A model generated the notes under the pieces. The model saw nothing but the letters and a program-made list of their open reading frames with translations. It was not told the DNA's origin and did not search any database. A program made the translations under genes and the position numbers. A stretch of DNA of 44,526 bases from an archaeon (lineage in GTDB: Archaea; Nanobdellota; Nanobdellia; Pacearchaeales; GW2011-AR1): the NCBI GenBank assembly GCA_043810865.1, contig JBDRNS010000005.1, forward strand, positions 68,821-113,346. The letters run 5' to 3'. Of this stretch, positions 26,438 through 33,922 are shown in pieces (the stretch's first letter is position 1; every line of letters starts with the position of its first letter).

Positions 26438-28669
26438 ATGACTCCTGAAGAATTTGCGCAGAATCTTGAAAAAATGGGGTGGCCTCAGGAATTTAACGAG
26501 AAACTTGAAATAGGAAATCTGAAAAGCAATCTCGGAATCGCGACGCTGTGGTCGTTCAAGGAAGTTGTTTCACGAAATCTTGACAGAAATGATTTTGCTG
26601 TTTTGGGAAATTATTATGACAGGAGAAACGGGCTTGAGCCACTTGTGAGAAACTGCCTTGCTAATCCAAACATAAGATACATAATTCTTTTGGGAAATGA
26701 CAAGGCGCAAAGCAGGGAGGTTTTGGTGAATTTTTTTGAGAAGGGCTTTGATGAAAAAGGATTTGTTGTTGGAACAGATGCCAGAATTCCAAGAGGGATT
26801 CCTGCAGAGGATTTGAACAAGCTCAGGGAGAATGTAAAATTAATTGATGTGACAGATAAAATTAGCAACAAAGATGATTCTGAAGAATATTCGCGAGTTA
26901 TAAAAGAAGTCGTGCAGACGCTTGAAAAAAAATCTCCTTATGCAGAGCCGAAACTTTACGAAAAACCAAAACTGGAAACAGATTCTTTTCCTTCTGAAAA
27001 AGTTGGTTTTGTTGTCCGCGGAGAAAAAGTCGGCGAGGTTTGGCTGAAATTACTTCATCATGTTTACAATTATGGAAGTATCACTAAAATGAAGGTAAAG
27101 GATACAGAACAGATAAGGGTTTTGACAGATGTGGTTTCTGTTATTTCAAATGAAGATGCTGACGAACCAAAGATGGAACCATACTTTAGATTTACTGAAG
27201 ATTATCTTAAGTCATATTATGATGAGATTTGCAGTCCAAGAATTCCAGAGGGAACACTTTATACTTATGGTTCTCGTCTAAGGGCATGGGAAGGAAAAAA
27301 CGGGGAGAAAATAGATCAAGTTAAAGATGTTATTGAATATTTGAAGCCAGATATTCTGAGAACTTCAGGAGTCATGCAAACATGGATTGTTGAAGACGAA
27401 CTTACAAGAAGATATCTAAATAAAGACAAAAATAGTCCATGTATAGTTTTAATTCATCCGTTTGCCCCTGACGGAAAACTGCACATGACTGCTTACATAA
27501 GAAGCAATGATATGTTTCGGGCGTGGCCGTTGAATGCTTTTGGATTAAGAAAACTTCAGAAAATAATTGCAGAAGGTTTGGAAATTGAAATTGGCGATTT
27601 AGTTATCATTTCGTCAAGCGCGCACATTTATCAGGATTGCTGGACAGACACAAAAGAAATCTTGAAGGAACATTACAAAGACACGAATTGTTTTTTTGAT
27701 CCGAGAGGTTATTATGCAATCAATCTTAATCAGGGAAAAATAAAAGTCGAGCATTTTTCTCCGGACAGCCAGTTGCTGAAAGAATATTTTGGGAAAACAG
27801 CGAGGGAAATTAATGATGCGATAAATTCTTCGCAGCATCCTGTTGATTCTTACCATAGTTCTTATCTTGGGGAAGAATTGATGAAAGCGCAGATTGCTTT
27901 GGAAAACGGACTGGAATATGTTCAGGATTCGCCGATAAAGATTTCAAATGTGAAAACAACGCCAAGCGGAGATGCATGCGCTGTTGATTCTAATTCATCA
28001 GATTCCTGCTCAACAGATTCGTGTGAAATTCCTGAGAATTCAATAAAAATAAATCTTGAAAAAGATGAAACGTATTTGGAAAAAGAAATTGAGAAACTTG
28101 AAGAGATTTTTAGAGAGCATATTACTGAGTCCGATAAACGTGGAAAAGATTTATTTGAGCACTGGAAAAAACCAAAGTGGGACGAATATTTCATGTCAAT
28201 GGCTGTTTTAATTTCAATGCGTTCAATAGATCCAAGCCAAAAAAACGGTTGCGTGATTGTTGATGAAAATAATAAAGTTTTGAGCATAGGGTACAATGGA
28301 TTTCCGAGGGGTTCGCAGGATGAGATTATCCCTCTTACGCGCCCTGAGAAATTTCTTTTTATAGAACATGCAGAAAAAAATGCGATATTGAACAAGCAGT
28401 TTGACATCAAGGGTTCGACACTTTATGTAACAGCACATCCTTGCCTGCCCTGTGTGCGCTCAATAATACAGTCAGGTGTTAAGAGAGTTGTTTATCTGGA
28501 CAAAATAAAGGCGCGAAGCATATCTCCTGAAGATGAAGGCGCGATAAAAAAACTAATGGTTGGAAGAAAGGACTTAATTCTCGACAGGTTTGAAAAAGAT
28601 CCTCTGGAGTGTTTGTATAAATCCATAGAATATTACAAGATAAAAAAGATGTCTAAGGAAAAGAAATAA
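26438..28669 (+). CDS. Fusion: MtrA-like domain + thymidylate synthase (ThyA) + DUF4346 + dCMP deaminase
   Basis: LVRNCLANPNIRYIILLG (MtrA-like); YTYGSRLR, SPC, RSNDM, WPLN, SAHIY (ThyA); DPRGYY, HSSYLGEELMKA..YVQD (DUF4346); WDEYFM, RSIDP, GYNG, HAEKNAI, PCLPC (dCMP deaminase). Confidence 0.88.
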   Translation: MTPEEFAQNLEKMGWPQEFNEKLEIGNLKSNLGIATLWSFKEVVSRNLDRNDFAVLGNYYDRRNGLEPLVRNCLANPNIRYIILLGNDKAQSREVLVNFFEKGFDEKGFVVGTDARIPRGIPAEDLNKLRENVKLIDVTDKISNKDDSEEYSRVIKEVVQTLEKKSPYAEPKLYEKPKLETDSFPSEKVGFVVRGEKVGEVWLKLLHHVYNYGSITKMKVKDTEQIRVLTDVVSVISNEDADEPKMEPYFRFTEDYLKSYYDEICSPRIPEGTLYTYGSRLRAWEGKNGEKIDQVKDVIEYLKPDILRTSGVMQTWIVEDELTRRYLNKDKNSPCIVLIHPFAPDGKLHMTAYIRSNDMFRAWPLNAFGLRKLQKIIAEGLEIEIGDLVIISSSAHIYQDCWTDTKEILKEHYKDTNCFFDPRGYYAINLNQGKIKVEHFSPDSQLLKEYFGKTAREINDAINSSQHPVDSYHSSYLGEELMKAQIALENGLEYVQDSPIKISNVKTTPSGDACAVDSNSSDSCSTDSCEIPENSIKINLEKDETYLEKEIEKLEEIFREHITESDKRGKDLFEHWKKPKWDEYFMSMAVLISMRSIDPSQKNGCVIVDENNKVLSIGYNGFPRGSQDEIIPLTRPEKFLFIEHAEKNAILNKQFDIKGSTLYVTAHPCLPCVRSIIQSGVKRVVYLDKIKARSISPEDEGAIKKLMVGRKDLILDRFEKDPLECLYKSIEYYKIKKMSKEKK

Positions 28670-28697
28670 AAAGTTTGAAAATAAGAGAAAGATTAGA

Positions 28698-28919
28698 ATG
28701 GCTATGCAAAGAAAACTAAGGAGTAAATTGTGTAAAAATTGTCAAAAGATAGTTTTAGAACATGAAAGAGAATACAAGAAAAAACATCCTGAAATTAGGA
28801 CTTATAGAAGAAAATATTATGAAGAAAAACAAGGTGGGGGTAAAAAATTCTTAAAAAATATTAAAGGTCTATTTGAATTAAAAAAACGGATAGATAAAAT
28901 CCCAGATGATGAAATTTAA
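28698..28919 (+). CDS. Small basic hypothetical protein with CxxC
   Basis: 73 aa ORF, LCKNCQ. Confidence 0.5.
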   Translation: MAMQRKLRSKLCKNCQKIVLEHEREYKKKHPEIRTYRRKYYEEKQGGGKKFLKNIKGLFELKKRIDKIPDDEI

Positions 28920-28999
28920 TTTTTTACCTAATTTCCTGACGTTAAATTAACAACCCACAAAAAAGTAACTTTTATAAATCAATTTTGTTCTAATTTAAA

Positions 29000-29317
29000 A
29001 TGGCAAATGTATCTGAAATCTCGGGGAAGGAATTTGATAAATTTGTAAAAGAAGGGAATGTTTTGGTTGATTTTTTTGCCGACTGGTGCATGCCGTGCAT
29101 TATGATGTCTCCGGTAATTGACGAGCTCTCTGAGAAATTTAAGGGAAAGGTTAACTTCGGAAAAATCAATGTTGATGATAACCAGAACATTGCAGAAAAA
29201 TTCAATGTTTCTTCCATACCAAATTTTGTTTTGTTTAAGGACGGGAAGAGAGTTGAGCAGTTTATCGGTGCGATGTCTGCAGAGGACTTCGAGAAGAAGC
29301 TGAAGAAGTTTGTTTGA
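29000..29317 (+). CDS. trxA: Thioredoxin
   Basis: VDFFADWCMPC, KINVD, SIP, FKDG. Confidence 0.93.
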   Translation: MANVSEISGKEFDKFVKEGNVLVDFFADWCMPCIMMSPVIDELSEKFKGKVNFGKINVDDNQNIAEKFNVSSIPNFVLFKDGKRVEQFIGAMSAEDFEKKLKKFV

Positions 29318-29364
29318 GAATCAAGATATAATCATTCTTAAAAAGTTCTTTTGATTAAAGATAT

Positions 29365-29625
29365 ATGTATCAATTAAGAGGAGAAATGCAAAGTTATGTG
29401 CAGATTAAAAATGAAGAGTTAACTCGTTTTTATGAATTTCACAGAATATCTTACGGGAATATTTTTGGAAGAATAGAATTAATGTTAAAATTTCTTGACA
29501 GAGAATTATCAGAAATGCCTATGCATAAATGGGCTGATTTTCTTTCTATTGGAGTTTCCGGAAATTATGCAGGATTAAACAAACTGGAAAAACTGGCTGT
29601 TTCTAAACTGGAAAAGAAAAAGTAG
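29365..29625 (+). CDS. Hypothetical protein
   Basis: 86 aa ORF with upstream TATA-like element. Confidence 0.5.
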   Translation: MYQLRGEMQSYVQIKNEELTRFYEFHRISYGNIFGRIELMLKFLDRELSEMPMHKWADFLSIGVSGNYAGLNKLEKLAVSKLEKKK

Positions 29626-29658
29626 ATTTTTTAAACATAAATTATCTATTTCTAAAAT

Positions 29659-29740
29659 GGCTCCGTAGCTCGGCTCGCAAGCCCAGTTGCGTGAGATACG
29701 TTGCACTAATTTGATGCAACTAAACTGCTCGGCCTGGTCA
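29659..29740 (+). repeat. Interrupted duplicate of the 5' end of tRNA-Lys
   Basis: GGCTCCGTAGCTCGGC[insert]GCTCGGCCTGGTCA versus tRNA GGCTCCGTAGCTCAGCCTGGTCA; GCTCGGC repeated at 29668-29674 and 29727-29733. Confidence 0.7.
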
Positions 29741-29762
29741 ACCATGCTGAGTAATTCCATAC

Positions 29763-29880
29763 GGCTCCGTAGCTCAGCCTGGTCAGAGCACTGGACTTTT
29801 AGGCTGGAACAAAGTTCCGCCATTCATTGCGAATACGCAAAGAAATCCAGGTGTCGAGGGTTCAAATCCCTTCGGGGCCA
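29763..29880 (+). tRNA. tRNA-Lys(TTT) with 43-nt intron (29802-29844)
   Basis: Acceptor GGCTCCG/CGGGGCC; anticodon stem CTGGA/TCCAG; BHB helix CTTT/AAAG; T arm GAGGG-TTCAAAT-CCCTT. Confidence 0.92.
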
Positions 29881-29894
29881 TTATTTATTTTAAG

Positions 29895-30167
29895 ATGAAA
29901 TTAACTGATATGGTTGAAAATATAAAACTAAAGGAAAAACGGGCAAGAAGAAAAGCTATTGCCTATAGAATTTTGTCTTATGTTTGTGCTTTTGGGGTGG
30001 GTTTCGCATTATATGATGAAATTATCAATGACAGAAATTTAATCGTTGGAAGTTTTATTGTCAGTTTTGGAGCAACAGGAGGAATATTTTCTACTCTTTT
30101 AAGTGTTAAGAATGAATTTGAATCAAGATATCTAAGAGAAAACTATCCTGCTTATTTTAGGGATTAA
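29895..30167 (+). CDS. Hypothetical membrane protein (2 TM)
   Basis: 90 aa ORF with two hydrophobic segments. Confidence 0.6.
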   Translation: MKLTDMVENIKLKEKRARRKAIAYRILSYVCAFGVGFALYDEIINDRNLIVGSFIVSFGATGGIFSTLLSVKNEFESRYLRENYPAYFRD

Positions 30168-30266
30168 ATCGTAAAAACCGCAAGTTTTTTAAACTAAAAT
30201 TTGGTTTCTTTCATTATTTGCAAGTTGTTAAAATAAATACAAACCCTTTTAAAGCCCTTTTCCAAA

Positions 30267-30476
30267 ATGCATACCTCCCAGATAAAACATTCCCAACTTA
30301 ATGAAAAAGAGACAGAAGAATTTCTTAAAAAATTAAATGTTTCAAAAGCACAACTTCCCAAGATTTTGCTGAATGATGCAGCGCTGCCTGAAAATTCTCA
30401 AGTCGGCGATGTGATTAAAATTGAAAGGAAAGATTTAGATGATAAGCCGGTTTTTTATTATAGAGTTGTTGTATAA
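30267..30476 (+). CDS. rpoH: RNA polymerase subunit Rpo5 (H)
   Basis: QLPKI..ND, GDVIKIER, YYRVV; upstream of rpoB. Confidence 0.92.
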   Translation: MHTSQIKHSQLNEKETEEFLKKLNVSKAQLPKILLNDAALPENSQVGDVIKIERKDLDDKPVFYYRVVV

Positions 30477-30492
30477 ATTCTGATAAATTAAA

Positions 30493-33400
30493 ATGAAAAA
30501 TAACAAGCACCTTGTCGTGAAGAAATACCTCGCGGAACACTCGCTGGTAGAATCAAACATTACTTCTTTCAACAATTTTATCGGGAACAGAATGCAGGAA
30601 ATTGTAAATGAAATTTCTGAGACAATCAACAAGGAGGACTTTGAAATAAATCTCGGAAAAATTGAAGTCGGCAAACCCCAGATTATAGAGTCCGACGGAA
30701 GTTCTTCCCAAATAATGCCTTATGAAGCAAGAATCAGAAACCTGACTTACTCTGCTCCAATTTATCTTGAGATAACAATAAAAAAAGACGGGCAAATTGA
30801 TTCAGAAGTTGTTGAAGTCGGGAGAATTCCAATCATGGTTAAAAGCAAAGTGTGCAATACTTACGGAATGAGCAGAGAAGAACTTATACAAAATTATCAC
30901 GACCCTTTAGATCCCGGAGGATATTTCATAATAAACGGAAATGAAAGAGTCATGGTTATGTCCGAGGATTTGGCGGAAAATCAGCCGTTCATTGAAACAA
31001 ATGCAAAAGGGCTTCTTCATCTGAGAATGTTTTCATCAAAAGGAACTTACAGAATTCCGACGACAATTTCCGAAAACAAGGAAGGATTGATTGAAGTTTC
31101 ATTCAGCAGGTTTAGAGATATTCCCGCAATTGTAATGCTGAAAGCATTGGGAATGACAAAAGAAGCAGACATTGCAAAATACATAAAAAAAGAAACAGAC
31201 AGCTTGATTGTTAATATTTATGAATTTGTGAACATAGCAACTCCCGAGGATGCGATGATGCATATTGCAGAGAAAACATCGCTGCAGGGAACAAAAAAAG
31301 AAGTTCTTGACAGAATAAAACAAAGAATTGATTCTTATCTTTATCCCCACATCGGGCAGAAAAAAGAGGACAGGATGAAAAAAGCAGTCACGCTTTGCAA
31401 ACTTATAAAACAATTTTTGATTGCAAAAGAAAATCCGAAAGTCAGGACGGAAAAAGATCATTATGCAAACAAGCGCGTAAGATTGTCGGGCGATTTGCTT
31501 ACAAGTTTGTTCAGAGTTAATCTCGGAATTTTGATAAGGGATATTCAATATTCTCTGCAGAAGTCATCAAAAAGAAAAAAGATTTTTTCGATAAAGACAA
31601 TTGCAAAATCAACTTTGTTTTCACATCGTGTGGAATCCGCGATAGCGACGGGAAGCTGGACAGGAGAAAGAAGCGGCGTTACGCAGAACATGGACAAGAC
31701 AAATTATCTCGCAACAATTTCGCAATTGCAAAGAGTTTCAAGCATGCTTTCTTCAGAACAGGAAAATTTCCTGGCGAGAACTCTTCATCCGACGCATTAC
31801 GGGAGATTCTGCCCGATAGAAACGCCTGAGGGAACTGAGATTGGCTTGAGAAAAAATCTTGCAATTTTATGCCAGGTTTCAACAAGAATGAATGTTGATG
31901 AAAATAAATTCATTAAAGAGCTTGAGCCGCTTGGACTTGTTAAAGATGGAGACGGAACAGATGTTTTCATAAACGGAAGATTTGCGGGAAGCGCAAATTC
32001 TCCTGAAGATTTTATAAAAAACATAAAAGAAAAAAGAAGAAACGGTGAATTTCCACTGCAGATGAACATAGGAAGGGACTTTGAACTTGAGATAATAACA
32101 ATCTCCACAGAGCCGGGAAGAGCACTGCGTCCGCTGATTATCGTCGATAACGGCGTTTCGCGACTAACGCAAAATCATCTTGTGCAACTTGAACAGGGAG
32201 AAATTACGTGGAGTGATTTGCTAAAACAAAAAGTTATTGAATATCTTGATACAGCTGAAGAGGAAAACGCGCTTGTTGCACTGTATGAAAATGAACTTAC
32301 GCCGGAGCATACGCATCTTGAAATTGATTCTATGGATTTGTTTGGCGTTGTAACAAGTTTGGTTCCTTACGGAAATCACGACCAGGCGCCACGACTTAAC
32401 AGAGGAAGCAAGACGCAGAAACAGGCACTTGGATTATATGCTGCAAATTATTTGTGCCGACTGGACACAGATGTTTCAATTCTTCAGTATCCTCAACGAC
32501 CAATTGTAAGAAGTTTTGTTTATGATACCCTGAATACTTATCCTGCAGGACAGAATCTTATCGTCGCTGTAATGACGCATGAAGGATACAACATGAAAGA
32601 TGCTTTAGTTTTCAACAAGGGAAGTTTGGACAGAGGAGTCGGGAGAAGTTTTTATTTCCGTCCTTATTCTGCAATTGAAATGAATTACGCGGGAAATTTG
32701 AAAGATGAAATTGTTGTTCCTGACAAAGATACATCAGGATACAAGACAGAAGAAAGTTACAAATATCTTGAAGATGACGGAATTGTTTATCCTGAAGCAG
32801 ATATCGGCGAGGGAGAAGTTTTAATCGGGAAAACATCGCCGCCAAAATTCCTTTCAGAGGCAAGAGAGATTTCTGTAAGAACAAAAAAGGACTCGAGCGT
32901 TACAATGAGGCAGGAAGAAAAAGGGACTGTTGAATCAGTTTTTGTAACGAGAGATGCTGAGGGGAATAAAATTGTCCAGATAAAAACAAGGGATTTGAGA
33001 ATTCCTGAAATCGGCGACAAGTTTGCAACATCGCACGGGCAGAAAGGTGTTATCGGCGCGATTGTTGCTGAAAGCGACATGCCTTTTACTTCAAGAGGAA
33101 TAAAGCCGGATGTAATTTTCAATCCGCACGGACTTCCAAGCAGAATGACAATGGGCTATTTAATTGAAATGCTCGGCGGGAAAATCGGATGTCTCAGAGG
33201 AGAGGTTGTTGACGGAACTCCATTTTCAGGAGAAACGAAAAAAGAACTTGAAGAACAGCTTAAAGAATTTGGTTTCAGATACGACGGGAAAGAAACAATG
33301 TATAATCCTGTGACTGGAAAGAAAATAACTTCGAAAATTTTTGTCGGAAGCATTTATTATTTGAAACTTAAGCACATGGTTGCGAACAAGTTGCATGGAA

Positions 33401-33744
33401 GAGCGTCGGGAAAGATTGCATTATTGACGAGACAGCCAATTGAAGGAAGGTCAAGAGGCGGAGCTTTGCGACTGGGAGAAATGGAACAGCAGGCACTTGT
33501 TGCACACGGAGCAAGCTTGTTGTTGAAAGAAAGATATGACTCTGACAGAGTTGTTTTGCACATTTGCACGAAGTGCGGAGCAGTTGCCGTCGAGGACAAT
33601 ATAAGAAACAAAATTTATTGCCCGATATGCAACAGCGAAGAAGCAGAGGCAGTTGAGATTTCATACGCATTCAAACTTTTAATTGAAGAACTGCAAGGAC
33701 TGCACATTCAGACAAAATTTAAACTTAAAAACAAATACGAATAA
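30493..33744 (+). CDS. rpoB: RNA polymerase subunit Rpo2 (B, unsplit)
   Basis: GGYFIINGNERV, CPIETPEG, GDKFATSHGQKG, NPHGLPSRMT, KLKHMV, RLGEME. Confidence 0.97.
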   Translation: MKNNKHLVVKKYLAEHSLVESNITSFNNFIGNRMQEIVNEISETINKEDFEINLGKIEVGKPQIIESDGSSSQIMPYEARIRNLTYSAPIYLEITIKKDGQIDSEVVEVGRIPIMVKSKVCNTYGMSREELIQNYHDPLDPGGYFIINGNERVMVMSEDLAENQPFIETNAKGLLHLRMFSSKGTYRIPTTISENKEGLIEVSFSRFRDIPAIVMLKALGMTKEADIAKYIKKETDSLIVNIYEFVNIATPEDAMMHIAEKTSLQGTKKEVLDRIKQRIDSYLYPHIGQKKEDRMKKAVTLCKLIKQFLIAKENPKVRTEKDHYANKRVRLSGDLLTSLFRVNLGILIRDIQYSLQKSSKRKKIFSIKTIAKSTLFSHRVESAIATGSWTGERSGVTQNMDKTNYLATISQLQRVSSMLSSEQENFLARTLHPTHYGRFCPIETPEGTEIGLRKNLAILCQVSTRMNVDENKFIKELEPLGLVKDGDGTDVFINGRFAGSANSPEDFIKNIKEKRRNGEFPLQMNIGRDFELEIITISTEPGRALRPLIIVDNGVSRLTQNHLVQLEQGEITWSDLLKQKVIEYLDTAEEENALVALYENELTPEHTHLEIDSMDLFGVVTSLVPYGNHDQAPRLNRGSKTQKQALGLYAANYLCRLDTDVSILQYPQRPIVRSFVYDTLNTYPAGQNLIVAVMTHEGYNMKDALVFNKGSLDRGVGRSFYFRPYSAIEMNYAGNLKDEIVVPDKDTSGYKTEESYKYLEDDGIVYPEADIGEGEVLIGKTSPPKFLSEAREISVRTKKDSSVTMRQEEKGTVESVFVTRDAEGNKIVQIKTRDLRIPEIGDKFATSHGQKGVIGAIVAESDMPFTSRGIKPDVIFNPHGLPSRMTMGYLIEMLGGKIGCLRGEVVDGTPFSGETKKELEEQLKEFGFRYDGKETMYNPVTGKKITSKIFVGSIYYLKLKHMVANKLHGRASGKIALLTRQPIEGRSRGGALRLGEMEQQALVAHGASLLLKERYDSDRVVLHICTKCGAVAVEDNIRNKIYCPICNSEEAEAVEISYAFKLLIEELQGLHIQTKFKLKNKYE

Positions 33745-33745
33745 A

Positions 33746-33922
33746 ATGGCTAATGAGAAATATGATGTTTTTAGATATGACGGAAGTAATGTATTGATTG
33801 TTGGAAGAGGAATGAGTTATGAACAAGCAGCTGAACTGACAGATAATTTAAGGGGGCAAGAAGTTGGATTTAGAATTTCACAGTTAAGTAATATTGAGAA
33901 AGATTTAGGAGACAAAAAATAA
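33746..33922 (+). CDS. Small hypothetical protein (58 aa) between rpoB and rpoA
   Basis: MANEKYDVFRYDGSNVLIVGRGMSYEQAAELTDNLRG...; starts 1 nt after the rpoB stop and its TAA overlaps the rpoA ATG. Confidence 0.65.
   Translation: MANEKYDVFRYDGSNVLIVGRGMSYEQAAELTDNLRGQEVGFRISQLSNIEKDLGDKK

Noticed and set aside
26438-26960. Methanogenesis (Mtr complex) inferred from the MtrA-like domain
   Set aside because: No other mtr genes, no membrane anchor, and the domain is fused to ThyA.
29575-29893. ORFs 29575-29823 (-) and 29687-29893 (+)
   Set aside because: Both overlap tRNA-Lys and its duplicated leader.
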